From NCBI GenBank assembly GCA_951406725.2, contig OX597819.1:112406001-112470000 (forward strand): DNA of 64,000 bases, in the 5' to 3' direction. Under the pieces are notes generated by a model. It was not told the DNA's origin and did no database searches. It was given only the letters and a program-made list of their open reading frames with translations. Source of the DNA: Octopus vulgaris (taxonomy: Eukaryota). Both the position numbers and the translations under genes were made by a program. This document shows, piece by piece, positions 1-13,986 of this stretch. How positions within the stretch are numbered: the first letter of the stretch is position 1; each line of letters begins with the position of its first letter.

Positions 1-1959
1 AACACACAGTGGGTGTCATTATGTGGGAGCATGTGCCTCCTTATGTACAACTGGGTGGGCGGTTGTTGCTCTTGGAGATACGAGTATGGTAGCTAGGAGT
101 TTTCTGGAATGGTAACAGCAATGGAAACCGACCTGGACGGCTGGCTAGCTGGATGGATGGATGGATAGATAGAGAGAAGGACAGGGGGAGAAAGAAGGAA
201 GGAGAGCACAGTGAGAGAGAAAAAAGAAAATTATTGAGAGATAAAGAAAAAGAAATGTTATAGAAAGAAGACAAGAAGACAGCAATGGAGAGCGAGAGAG
301 AGAAAAAGAGACAGATGGAAAGGCAATGGAGAGAGAGAGAGAGAGGGCAATATAAGAGAACAGGCAATAGAGAGTTAGAAATGAAAATCAAAAGAGAGAA
401 AGAGGAATTAGAGAGAAGGATGCAATACCGAAGCAAAAAGAGGGTGATGGAGACAGGGTAAGGACAGAGAGTGAAGAAGAAGAAAAGAGAGAGAAGGGGA
501 TACAGATTGAAAGGAAGAGTGTAAGAGACATAAAATGTAAGAGGAAAGAAAATTATAGTAAAAACAACCAGAGAAAGAAACAAGGAGAGAGAAAGACGGT
601 GGGTGGCATAATGGAAAGTTGTAGAAATTTTAGTAAATCTGGATATAGAGGCAGTAGAGGAGTGTGCTTGATGTAGGAGTGACACAGCAGATGACACTGT
701 CTGGTTGTACAATATCCTCTACAGTTAATCACCAGTAAAGTGTGAAGTGCTTTTATTGTAGCAAGTCTCAGCAGGAAAAAATAACGGAGAAAGAAACAAT
801 AGGTGTTATGTGACACAGCTCAAGCCAGTCAGGGTGCTTCTGTGTGGTCATTCAGCCTGCAAGAAACAGCAGCCAAATCACCTTGAATTCACACTGTACC
901 ATCTAAAGAGAAAAGATAAACTGCACAATATAGTCACAGATGTACAAAAACGATAGGTTGGTCATGGTTGGCATGGTCTACGTCACTACAGAGAGACATG
1001 AAGTGTAAATTAATTTTGAGCTTACACTTAATTTGAAGTTAGGCAGGTTAATAACGTAGATCACCATTATGATGTCCACTTTCACATACTTGCAATGGTC
1101 AGACGAAATTCATTACGACGGATTCTCTAGAGCCAGATGGTTTTCCTGATGCTTAACACCTGTTTCTAAGTAAACCAAAGTAATATTTCTCCCAAGTGTT
1201 TTGAGAACAAGCAGTGCAAATGGCGAAGTATATTTTCATGGGAGATTACAAACAAATATCATCACTTGTAAGATGAGGATGCTTTTTCACAGTTAGTATT
1301 TCGTGTTAAGACAAAAAGACACAAACACACTTAAACACACACACACACACACATTTTAGACTCAGGTACAACAGTGTGGTTAAGAAGTTCGCTTCTCAAG
1401 TATGTGGCTTCATGTTCAGTCCTGCTGTACAGCAGCTCAGACAAGTGTCTCCTACTGTAGCTCTGGGTTGAACAATGCCTTGTAAGGAAATTTGATAAAG
1501 GGAAACTGAAAGAAGCCTTTGTGTGTGTGTGTGTGTGTGTGTGTGCATATGTATGTATGTGTGTGTGTGTGTGATCATTTTAATGGGTTAGAAAGAACTT
1601 GATGAAGCAGATTTTCTATGGCCAGATGCCCTTTTTGTCACAAAACCACAACTGTTTCCAAGCAAGGTATTATTTCTCCATGGCTGGTCATATTTTTCCA
1701 TGAAGATTGGAAATAAATGACATTACCAGTATGATAGTGATTCCTGGTTACTATCATCATATGATGTTGAAAGAAAAGAACACGCACACACCAATGGAAC
1801 AGGCTTCTTTTAGTTTCTCTCTACTCACAAAGTTTAGGTTGGCCCAGAAGAAGATGCTTGCTTAAGGTACCTCACAGTTGGACAGAACCTAAAACTACAT
1901 GTTTAAGAAACAAGTTCCTTAATGACACAGCCATGTCCATGTATGTATACATGCATGCA

Positions 1960-4045
1960 TGCATGGTTGGGCAGAGTCATATGGTTGTGGAATGGTACAA
2001 TAGAGAGAGCATACAAGCCAAGATGTAGGGTCTGGAAAGAAAGAAAAAGGAATGGAGTAATATACGATATCAGTTAACTGGAAGAGAAGCTAGATGTTGT
2101 GTATATTTAGCAATGAGAGGAGCAGTAAATAAGAGCCCTGTCAATGTTTTGCACACTGAGGACCAAACCAAAAGTGTAAGGTGTTAAATAGTACATCAGT
2201 GTGAATCAGGATGTCATTGGTGAATGGTGTGTATAGAATTTTAATGGTGAAGCCATTGATGTAAGGACGAGAAAGTTATGGAAATGATACTACAAATTGC
2301 TGCTGAAGGAGGGGAATGTGTAAGGGAAGAAGATTATCCCAAGTAGATCCAACAAAAGTTCCAGGCATTCAGGTTGGTAGTTTAGTGATGAAAGGTTATG
2401 AATGGCATGGAACCAGGAAAAACAACTGTCAGATATAATCATCAAGATGTTGAAAATATCTGGCAATGTACAATATAGACAAGTCACTCAAATAGTAAAT
2501 CAAGTTGTTATTGTTATTTGGCCAAAGATTTGGTGGTAGAGAATGGTGTAGCAGCATTACCATCAACTTTTACAAGGGCAAAGAGTTACAACAGCCTCAT
2601 AAATTTGATGGAACAGGTTATGAAGGCAATGTAACAAAAAGTGTAATGAAAAAGCTACAGAGGCAGAGAATTAGCTTAGATGGGACACTGTTCAGTTGTC
2701 TCAGGACAGAGTATAACCGATTATCTTGTCTAAACAACTACAGTAAACGTTCTTAGCTAAGAGAAAGCTATTTTACTGAGTATTCTTTGACCATCTTCTA
2801 TAACCTGGTGGCTGCTAAGAAAATTACCTGTAGATGAATATCTTAAGTGGGTTGCTCAAGCAATATACAATGATGCTGTCAGTAAGAATAGACTTAGAAG
2901 TTCAGCGAGATGTTTAATTTAATGTGCAGGTAAGCGTCTATCACAGCTCAGTTCTGATTCCCCATTTTGATACAGTTCTTCAGGCCATAAGAAAGTAGGT
3001 GAGGAGCAAGAAAAGTTCCAAACATGGAAGCAGAGCCTAAAATTGAGAAACATAAAAGTAAGAAAACCTAGCAAATGCAAAACTTTCAATTAGCATGCTA
3101 AAACACAAATCTCTACAACAATCTGCTTAATATCCAGAAATGTAATAAATAAGAATTCTATATTATCTGTAATGTCAACTATGGATGCAAAGTGGATACA
3201 ATATGTTAAAAAACATGTTGATAAAAAGGATTTCCTATCTAACATGCATAGGAACAATTAAGCTGTAAGAGCCTCTATAAAATGAATTCTTTAAACAGCT
3301 TTGAGGGCTTGTTAGAAGCAATTGATAATAATTGTCTCTTAGATGAAGCCACTGATGTAAGGACAAGAAAGTCATGGAAATGATACTACAAATTGCTGCT
3401 GAAGGAGGAGAATGTGTAAGAGAGGAAGATTATCCCAAGTAGATCCAACAAAGTTTGGGATAATCTTCCTCTCTTACACATTCTCCTCCTTGTAGTATCA
3501 TTTCCATGACTTTCTCGTCCTTACATCAGTGGCTTCATCTAAGAGACAATTATTGTCAATTGCTTTTAACAAGCCCTCAATCAGCAGTGATGGTGGGTGT
3601 TGTGAAAACATAGTAACAAAGTAAAGAGAAGTGGAAAGGTTTTATGTTGCTATTACAACTGTTGGTAACATGGAATATTTCACTCAAAGTGAGGGGTAAA
3701 TTTTACCATGCTTATGTACAAAGTGCAATATTCCATGATAGAGAAGATGGGCATTGGTTGTGGGAGATGTGAGAAAACTGGGAAGAAATGGAGAGAGTTA
3801 GCAGTACTGGATGTGTAATGTTTGTACGCATGAACAATGATAGAAAGATGAGCCAAGAGGAAAAAAAAAACTGATATCAGAGATAGTTTGTAGCATGCAA
3901 GAGAGAAGACAGCACTGATGTGGACATGTGATGTGGATGAAGGATGAGAATTGGGAGATTTGCCAAGAGATCAAAGTAGGAGCTTTAAGAAGAAGAAGAC
4001 TTAGGAAACCATGGGAATATGCAATGAAGACTGATCTCTGGTTAT
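1960..4045 (+). mobile_element. Degenerate RTE-clade LINE ORF2 (RT and C-terminal remnants)
   Basis: Frameshifted motifs WCSSITINFYKGK (~2540-2585), a V.VGVHQGSVLSP-like stretch (~2920-2965), and QERR.HWCGHVM and RRRLRKPW (~3895-4015). Boundaries approximate. Confidence 0.75.
3301..3580. repeat. Fold-back inverted repeat (arms ~130 bp, 16-nt loop)
   Basis: 3301-3438 is the reverse complement of 3455-3580 apart from one ~12-nt bulge and a few mismatches. Confidence 0.92.
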
Positions 4046-4829
4046 GCTACTCATCACATATATGCGTGTGTGTTTGAATATGTATGTGCATGTATTTGAA
4101 AATGTATGTTTGCGTGTGTGTGTGTGTGTATGTGTTAATAAATAAATACACATGCACACATATGATAGAAACCCTAGATTCTGGGATCAACCTGAGGATT
4201 GAGTAGGCTTTAATCACATTTGGGATACTTAAGAAATCAATCTTATCAGGCAAGGATGTGAAACTCTTCATTAAGTTTTGTATCCACAATGCTAGCACCA
4301 TCTAAGAGGCCATTGAGGTATTTAAGGGAACCTATTTCATATTTGTTCTTAGTCCTTACTGTAGAGACATAGTTTATCTTTGTAACAATGCATGTGGCTT
4401 CTCTACAGTTCTTGTAGCATCTGTGGTTTATTCTGGATAAACCATATCCACAATGCTTGCACCATCACATTTTCTGAAACATGGATACCATATCAACAAC
4501 ACATCAAAAGCCTCAAATGATTCCACCAGAAGTGTTTATGACATATATGAAACATAAGTTGAAAATCTTTTACAACTGGCACAAAGTTGCTGGAAAAAGT
4601 AGACTATCTCAGAATAAAAGCCCACCCACCTTATTAAATATCATATGTGTTGGGTTAATCATGTCATTTGTCTTGATGACTTTTAAACTTCCAAAACAAT
4701 TATGGTGAATTAGTTCTCAGTTAGTGTTCCAAGCGCAAGCCAAAAAAAATATTTCATAATGTCACAACAGAACTTTAAGTATTCAAACATTAAACTGTTA
4801 ACTGGCAACATCTAGCTCTGAATAGAAGT

Positions 4830-5500
4830 TAATGATAGTCTAGAACTATGCACTTCTTCATACAATTGTCATCTGCCAGATACATCTAATACCTATACCA
4901 ACCAGAATCTTCTCTCTTGCACACTACATCTGATTCCTATCATATTCAATTTTTTGCTTTTTCTCAGCTCATTTATACTTCATTGTTCATGCTCACCAAC
5001 ATTACACACTCTGTGAAGCTTACTGGCTTTATTACTCTCTAACCTTCACAAATCTACTGTATTCAAGGACCACATTTCACTACCATTGAAGCAATGTGCT
5101 TTGTGCACAGACACTGTTCAATCTACCCCTTTGCTCCGGGAGAGAAACCCCATGTTACGAGCAGAGGAAAAGGCCCCTGAACTTTTTTCAACTCATTCTT
5201 ATTCTAGTTATAATACATTCAAAGCAGCCACCTCCTTTGTAAATTAAGTGACCTAGGTAACAAAAGCTATCAAATACATTTAAGAGGCCATCGAGGTATT
5301 TAAGAGAACCTGTTTCATATGTGTTCTTAGTGCTTACTGTTGAGATAAAATTTATCTTTGTTACAATGCATGTGGCTTCTCTACAGTTCTTGTAGCATCT
5401 GTGGTTTATTCTGGATAAACCATAAAGAATTACTACTTACCCCTTTATCAGCATATCACATATGGCTATTACCCTGAGAGTGCTTTTCTCCTACTTGCAA
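4830..5500 (-). mobile_element. Degenerate RTE-clade LINE ORF2 C-terminal fragment
   Basis: Minus strand reads IGIRCSVQERRFWLYR, the same region as the plus-strand LINE at ~3870-3950. Boundaries approximate. Confidence 0.6.
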
Positions 5501-5662
5501 ACACATTAATCAGTGCTAAGTTTATATTGAAGCCTCTTGATTCTAGGTTCTACATGCACATTTAGAATTTCTTCTCTAATTCTAGAACAGATTCAACAGT
5601 AAGGATTAGATCAATAGCATACAGAAGTTCATGTATGTGAGTGTATACATGTGTACGTAAGT

Positions 5663-5694
<32 letters not shown>

Positions 5695-6145
5695 ACATAC
5701 ACACCCTCACACATACTTTTGTGGGTTAACATGGCTACCATTGGTTTTATGCAGTGAACTCTCAGCAATTATCAAGTCTGCAACATTGGGACATTGATAT
5801 TCATCTCCATCTTGGCGATGAGTACCAACATCCATATGTGACCTCGTTAACCCACAAATAAATATTTATCCACTAATGCAGTGTTGAGCACTCATTTTCA
5901 TTGTTCAATATATATATAGCAACATAACTTTATATCCTAAGGGGATATTTGACAGTAGCTTACAAGTCTCACCATATGCTTTGGTTCTTTCAAATAATCA
6001 GAATGAACCAGAATATACTACAAAACTAATACGAATATCAGTCAAACCTCTTCATGATATAAAGCATAGAAATTTTCAAATTTCATCCACACTTCACATT
6101 GACATCTTTGTCAGCTAATGTTACTGTCAATATCCACATATCCCA

Positions 6146-6355
6146 AGGCAACGAGCTGGCAGAAACATCAGCACTCCGGGCGAAATGCTTAGCAATATTT
6201 TGTTTGTCTTTACGTTCTGAGTTCAAATTCTGCCAAGGTCAACTCTGCCTTTAATCCTTTCGGGGCTGATAAATTAAGTACCAGTTGTGTAGTGGGGTCG
6301 ATCTAATCGACTGGCTCCCACCTTCCCAAATTTTTGAGCCTGGTGCCTAGAATAA
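6146..6355 (+). mobile_element. tRNA-derived SINE, family B
   Basis: GAGCTGGCAGAA head, GAGTTCAAATTC B-box and CCTTTCGGGG body shared with many copies in the window. Confidence 0.8.
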
Positions 6356-6615
6356 AAAATATATATACACACATGCATTATCAGTGTCATTTTTATATCT
6401 ACTTTTTCCATGATGCCATGAACAAGGAAAGACCTTCCAAGGCAGTATTCTACAACTGGATGCCTTTCCAGATGCCAACCTTTATTTTTATTATCGTTTT
6501 TTTTTTTTTTTGGCAAGTAAAAGTACTTTATTCAGCTTGTTTTTGCATGCAAGCTGAGCTGCAGATTATAAATGTCATCCTTGCCCATGTAACATCAATG
6601 CAAAAACAAACAGAA

Positions 6616-6702
<87 letters not shown>

Positions 6703-7068
6703 TCTATGTGTACATATCTATATATAAGGCTTTAGATATGTGCACACCCCATAAACACACAAGACAAGCTTCTGTACAGAATCTATTTACCAAATTTCAC
6801 TAATAAGGTATCGATTAAACCAGGCTGTAGTAGAAGACACTAGCACAATACTAAAACCAAGTGTTTGCCAAACAAATGTCTTAACTACAACTACATACAA
6901 TATATATGTATACAGTATATATACAGTATATATATATATATATATATATTCACACACATGTACATATGTATGTATTTACACCGTATATTTAACACTTATA
7001 CTGCCTCTGGATTCAACCTTGTAATTCCAACTCTGAACACCACATTGGATTACTGCCCAGTACTTTGG

Positions 7069-7115
<47 letters not shown>

Positions 7116-8092
7116 CACACACACACATACATATATATCATCATCATCATCGTTTAACGTCCGTTTTCTGTACTAGCACGGGTTGGACGGTTTGACCAGG
7201 GTCTGGAAAGCCAGGAGGCTGCACAAGGCTCCAGTCTGATCTGGCAGTGTTTCTACAGCTGGATGCCCTTCCTAACACCAACCACTCTGTGAGTGTAGTG
7301 GAAGCTTTTTAAGTGCCACTGGCACAGGTGCCAGGGAAGGCTGGCACGATATATATATGTATGTATGTATATATATATATATATATGAGAGAGGGAGAGG
7401 GAGAGATGGAGAGAGAGAGAGAGAGAGAATAATCATCATTGTGTTAAAACCCACTTTTTCATGCTTTCATGGGTCAGATGGAGTTCATTAAGGTAGAGTT
7501 TTTGCAGGTAGATGCTCTTCTTGTTGCTAGTCCTTACTTGTTTTCGAGCAAGGAAACATTTCCCCTTGGCCAGACATGTTTTTACAGAATACTGGATATG
7601 AATGACAAACATTTACAAAATCATGATGAGATGTCAAGACATGACACCAACATGCATGCACACAGACAGTGCACACGTGCACACACACACACTTACATGG
7701 CCTCTGAATTGCACTTCAAATTTAGTACTTTGGAGATGTGTGTGTGTGCGTGTATGCATGTATATACTATATGTGCATGTGTGAGTGGCGACAAAACACC
7801 CATCCAACCAACGCAATGAAAAATTATAACAATAACAGGAATCTGTTACTCATTTGGGGGACACATAAGCTGAATAAATGTTATACAGACCAATAAATAA
7901 GATAAATGACTAGTTATGAATACTAAGTGAAGTGTATACCACTCTTCATAGCCAAGTGATCAGAGATAATGAGGGTAAAGCTAGACAACCTCATTGATAC
8001 AAGACAATTTGCAAAAGGTGTAGAAGATGAAAGATCCTTCAGCCATGCCTATATATATATATATTTAAATATATATATATATATATATATAT

Positions 8093-8370
8093 GTTGTTAT
8101 GTCCTGTTATTATTTTTATATTAGTGTAACATTGTCCGTTTTTTCCTTCCTTGTTTTTGTATACATTCGCTGCTTTCTTTCAAGGAATCTAGTGCTCTTA
8201 GCTTAGTTTTTCCTCGGGACTGGCCAGATCAGAGCAATGTCAAGAATAATCGGCTGAAATTGCAAGGATAATCTGGTGCTTGACTGAGGAAATATAACTT
8301 CGATTGACGCATCCTTGTTTTCTTTGTATCAGCTAGCTGTCTTGATGTTTTGCGTTCTCGTCCCATTTTG

Positions 8371-8378
<8 letters not shown>
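8093..8378. mobile_element. Unclassified interspersed element embedded in (TA)n, possibly a PLE terminal fragment
   Basis: About 285 bp of complex sequence with (TA)n on both sides, the same insertion pattern as the HHR-bearing elements. Confidence 0.4.
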
Positions 8379-8421
<43 letters not shown>

Positions 8422-8967
8422 ATATATATATATACACACATACATACATATATGTAAAATCACAAACATCATTGTTTACAATTCTTCTTTGCCATGCTTG
8501 TATGTGTCAGAGAGAGTTTATTGAGCATATTTTCTATGCGCAAATTCTTCTTACTTTTGCCAACCCTCATCAGTTGCCAAGCAAGGTAGCATTTCCCCAT
8601 AGCCAGGCAGGTTTTTGCAAAATATTGAAAATGAAAACGATTTAGCTTGTATGAGAGTGACACTTATTCACAACTATCATGAAATGTTAAGACAAGGAGA
8701 CACACACACACACACACACACAAATGTATGTATAAACATACAAATAAATAGTTATGTACCAGAAGTGTAAGAATTTGTTAAAACAATTGTAGTAGTTCTA
8801 AATAAAAAATGTTAATTCTATTTTCTATCATTTGCCTACACACGCATACACACATACACGTGAGATGAGGATAAACACAAATTTACAGTTCTTGTGCATG
8901 TTTCACCATTATGTGTTTTCCAAGAGAACATCAGGAAAAACTTTACTGCATTGTTACAAACAATATA

Positions 8968-9000
<33 letters not shown>

Positions 9001-9196
9001 TATATATGTATGTATGTATAGATATACGCATGCACACACACATAGAGGCTTCTTTTAGTTTCCATGTACCAAATCCACCCACAAGGCTTTGATCAGCAGG
9101 GCTATAGTAGAAAACATTTGCTCAAGGTGTTCTGTAGTGAAACTGAACCCAAGACCACATAGTTGGAAGGCAAACTTCTTAACCATACAGCCACTA

Positions 9197-9251
<55 letters not shown>

Positions 9252-9255
<4 letters not shown>

Positions 9256-9820
9256 CATACCTTCCCTTCTTGGGACACAAAACTCTACTTGTGAAGACGT
9301 GTTGAGGCAAGTGAGGATCAGAATCGAAATCGATCAATGGAAATTGCGGATGTGCTACCAGTGCCGGTGGCATGTCGAAACTCTGCTTGTGAAGACCCAT
9401 TGAGGCAAGTGAGGATCAGAATCGAAATCGATCAATGGAAATCGATCAATGGAAATTGCAGATGTGTTACCAGTGCCGGTGGCATGTAAGAGAACTTTCC
9501 GTTTCGCGACCGTTGCCAGCACCGCCCCGTTTCGTGTCCGTTGCCAGCCTCGCCTGGCCCTCGTGCCGGTGGCACATAAAAAGCACCATCCGTTCGTGGC
9601 CGTTTGCCAGCTCTGTCTGGCACCAGTGCGGGTGGCACGTAAAAAGCACCCACTACACTCACGGAGTGGTTGGCGTTAGGAAGGGCATCCAGCCATAGAA
9701 ACACTGCCAGATTTGACTGGGCCTGATGAAGCCTTCTGGCTTCACAGACCCCAGCAGAACCGTCCAACCCATGCTAGCATGGAAAACGGACGCTAAATGA
9801 TGATGATGATGATGATGATG
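9252..9820 (+). mobile_element. 5'-truncated RTE LINE 3' UTR with internal tandem repeats and (GAT)n tail
   Basis: Repeated GTGCCGGTGGCA units, a ~97-bp tandem duplication and a (GAT)n tail. Related tails occur at 7137-7330 (-) and 9865-10047 (+). Confidence 0.7.
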
Positions 9821-10586
9821 TATGTTTGTATCCTAGATGGATGACACTGCCACCTGATGGGCACCTGTACCGGTGGCACATAAAAAACACCCACTACACT
9901 TTCAGAGTGGTTGGTGTAAGGAAGGGCATCCAGCTGTAGAACCCTTGCCAAAGCAGATTGGAGCCTAGTGCAGCCTTCCAGTTCTCAGTCAAACTGTCCA
10001 ACCCATGACAGTATGGAAAGTGGACATTAAACAACAATGATGATGATTCGGTTGGGTGATTTTGTAGTTCTTGTTTCATCAAAAATAACTTCTGTTAAAA
10101 ATGTTGATGACATCTACTAGAATGTCGTTTTGCAATTGGACTACTTGCAGAAATCTTTCATTTCATGTCCAGCAAATACACTTTTAACTTTTGTCAGAGC
10201 TTCTTATTTTGAGGAAAACTAACCAAAACAAAATAATTACTTGATATTCTAAACCAACTGAGAAGCCCATTATATCTTTGTGCACAGGTACACACACACA
10301 TGTATACATATCATCACCATTTAATGTTTATTTTCCATAGTGGCATGGGTAAGATGGTTTGGCAACATCTGACTAGTCATGAGGCTGTGTCATGCTCCAA
10401 TGTCTGCTTAGGAAAGGTTTCTAAGACTGGATGCACTTCCTAATGCCAGTTAGGTGCTGTTTTTCATAGCATCAGCACTACTAAAGTTGCCCTTTGATGA
10501 AAGAACCTTAGACTGTGTGGAGGTATAGTAGAGAGGGAAGTGGCTTTAAGGTAGGTGTTGAGAGGTAGGCTTTAAGGTAGGTGTTA

Positions 10587-10818
10587 AGGCGTCGAGCTGG
10601 CAGAATCATTAGCACGCCGGGCGAAATGTTTCGCAGTATTTCGTTTGCCGTTACATTGTGAGTTCAAATTCCACTGAGGTCGACTTTGCCTTTCATCCTT
10701 TCGGGGTCAATAAATTAAGTACCAGTTACGCACTGGGGTCGATATAATCAACTTAATCCCTTCGTCTGTCCTTGTTTGTCCACTCTATGTTTAGCCCCTT
10801 GTGGGTAGTAAAGAAATA
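10587..10818 (+). mobile_element. tRNA-derived SINE, family B, full length
   Basis: Head to GAAATAGG tail, flanked by the AGGTAGGTGTT duplication. Confidence 0.85.
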
Positions 10819-11121
10819 GGTAGGTGTTGAGAGGTTAAAAAGTATGTGTGTGTGTGTCACTGTCATCTCATATGTCCTCATTAATAACATCTGAACAAAA
10901 ACAGGTTTGTATAAGGTCACAGGTATGCAATCAGTCCCATAGTTCCAGCTTTCTATGTGTGTGGACGAATGGAATAAATGAATACCTGGCTTGGTAAACA
11001 GGTATGGGTTGATGACAGGAAAAACATTTGGTTGCAGAGAAATCTACCTCAACAAGTTTTGTCATACCCATACCAGCATGGAAAAACAGGCATACAGCCA
11101 AACGAATAATGACATACTTAC

Positions 11122-11305
11122 AGTTGTAAGAAAAGAGACAAACGAAATAAAACAAAAAGAGAGAAAAAAGAAAAGGAAGAAACTTCACCCTGAATTTTAT
11201 AAAAACTCTCCATGAACTGAGTTTCAAGTGATGCAGAGGAATTGCATCAGTGCCCAGGTCACAAATAGAAATAAACGAAAAGTGAACACAACAGCTTTTC
11301 AGCAT
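11122..11305 (-). CDS. Candidate first coding exon of a type II membrane protein; whole exon possibly 11122-11465
   Basis: ATG at 11305 opens MLKSCC...WRVFIKFRVKFLPFLFSLFLFYFVCLFSYN (basic residues, then a hydrophobic segment) and ends at a GTAAGT donor at 11121 (phase 1). Upstream acceptor TCTTCAG|G at 11465. No recognised homology. Confidence 0.35.
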
Positions 11306-11829
11306 GTTACCATGCTGACTCAGAAATCTACTTCGCACTCTCCATTAACTTTTGGCGAGTCCTCAGTTTCATATGTGTCTTTGCCAACAACACCAACATA
11401 GTTCAAATGTCTTTCACTTCTATTAGGGTGCAGAAATCTCAAAGGGATTTCAAAGATTTCTGCACCTGAAGACTAATAATATACTACAACGTTGCCATCA
11501 TGTATTATATGCTTTTCGATACCAACCCAGTTGAAACCACCTCTGACTCTGTAGTACAAATGTCTTGTTTGCAGAAGTTTTGAATGAAAATCTTTCACCA
11601 AGCCTTAGTCAAAGTTTATGTTCATAATACCAGCTTAATGATAACTAAGTCATTCTACTTAATTCTCTGTTGTATTTAAAATTAATTGAAAGAAACACAG
11701 AGCATCTCAAAATAAATACGGTAACAAAAGGGTTAACAACACTACACAAAAGTCCTCATGATCAAGCAGGAGTTCTCCCATTGGATGAAATTATAACATT
11801 ACTTTTTTCTGACTTCCTTATATTGTTTT

Positions 11830-12060
11830 ATGGGCAGCAATATTGAGATGGTTTGCCATTGCCTTCCCAAACTGGATGGCTGTAAGCCTACAAGGAGCTC
11901 ATCCATTCTTCAACTGGTCTCATTTAGAGAGCTGCTGGATCTCCCAACACCCTCCTCACAAGTTACTCAAGTAGGGGAACTGGTTTAGTCACTGACCACT
12001 CAACCATGAAACAGGTAGTACTGGTTTACATGGTACCCATAGCAGATCACATCACCCTGT
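11830..12060 (-). mobile_element. Old copy of RTE 5'-UTR-derived element
   Basis: Reverse complement aligns to 23005-23110 (GACTAAACC...TTGTGAGGAGGGTGTT). Confidence 0.55.
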
Positions 12061-13567
12061 GATGAGAACCCTGACCCTTTAGTGCTTCAAAGACACTATC
12101 ATTAAAACCGCCTTATCAATGACAAATCACCTTCATGAAAACCTGTGCATCAAATCCAAATGACTTATTTGGTTTATAAATCTATAAAACTTCAAGAGTT
12201 CTGCTGTTACAGTGGCCATACCAATACAACACTCTCTTGTCAACTCTCCATGCACTTACAACAAATTATTGTCGCAACAAGACATTTAGTGGATAGCATA
12301 TGCATGCTATATAAAATTTCTCAAAAAAATAGATGATTAGAGAAATGCCAATGTCACTTTCTGTTACAATCCACCTTGACACTTTTCCTGTGCATTAGAG
12401 GCTACAACAGCCTATGTCATCACTTTGACAGCCGTTACATTTTGCTTAGGAATAAATTCAATAGAATTGCTGATTCTGTCAATCTACCATCATTTTGTCC
12501 AACATTCTACTGATTCAACCAAATGGTGGTACATTGGACAAACTTCCAGGAAAGAACAGTTGTTGATTGCATCAAAATCAAACCAGTATGTAACCAGTAT
12601 GTAGCTTAGAGAAAAAGTTGGTCATAGACTTGAACTTAGAACACAGAGGTTTGAAAGTATATGATGCAAACATTTAATTCAACTCCTTCCTTTGGTTGCC
12701 ATTCAAAAGATGATGTAATTTTACACAAAGATATAAAACTTGGAGAAAGGGGGAGATAATCACTTGAAGAATCAACTACATTAAAAACTTGGAGGAATGA
12801 GGTAATGAAGGAGCATTTATGTAACTGTTTGAGCAACAGGAAATAGCAGCCAAATCTCTCTCAAATCACACATACAAGCATCTCAAGCAAGGATACATTA
12901 GATAATATAGAACTGGGTTCCTTATGCCAAGGAATAAGGGAGGATGGTGATGGCTGGAATTTTAGGACTGACTTCAAGCTAAACAAGAAAATTAATTTTT
13001 GTAAGATGAAAAAAATATAAACGACTCTGACAGAATTTGAACTCAGAAATATCATAAATCATCTTTTCTCTCACTCTACTGATTCTGCCACCGTTCCCAT
13101 TTAATTGAGTTATAACAAAAATTTCCAACACTAGCACAATGATATGCATATTATAGGATGTAGTACAATCAATTCTTCCACACACACACACTTGAGTGGT
13201 ATTTTATTTTATCTACTCTACAAGGAAAAAGACAATATCAACTTCAAGATTTGAACTCAGAACGGAAAGGGACGTAACTAAATACTGCAAAACAGTTTGG
13301 CCATTAATGATTCTAGCGTATAGAAAACAAATTAACAGATTAAAATACTTTACAATATTCAATTTGAAAACTATGTTGCCAGTTCAAAATTCTGCCATGA
13401 TCAACACAAAGTAGCAATTACATAAGAAAATTTTCTAACAGCGGTAAATATTAAATTCAAAGAACAATCAGGAGAGGGAGGCGTATTCAAATATATGTAT
13501 GTGTGTGTGTAATGGATAAGCATATATGTATATATATGTGCTTGTATATAAGTGTGTATATCTGTGC

Positions 13568-13601
<34 letters not shown>

Positions 13602-13629
13602 ATATATATGCGTGTGTGATATTGTACTA

Positions 13630-13687
<58 letters not shown>

Positions 13688-13947
13688 CTACTGTCCAGCG
13701 GGGCTTTTCTCAAGGGCATTCGTGACGTAAAATGAAATTGCCTACACACTTGTAAAAGGAAACAGACCACATAACGTAACTCGCCGCTGCTGTACTACAG
13801 AATGGTATTGATGACGATGATGATGGCGATGTATTTTTTTCGTTATTATTTATTTTTATTTTTTGGGTAGGGGGGAGGTTGTTGTTGCTTTGTTTTGTGT
13901 TGTTACAGCAGCAACTGATGAGGAACGATTATAGTGACAATAGAATG

Positions 13948-13986
<39 letters not shown>

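Noticed and set aside
41-712. 223-aa hydrophobic ORF
   Set aside because: It derives from a GA-rich low-complexity tract with no recognisable domain.
9283-9650. Short repeats with variable spacers, superficially CRISPR-like
   Set aside because: Eukaryotic LINE 3' UTR repeats with irregular spacing and no cas genes.
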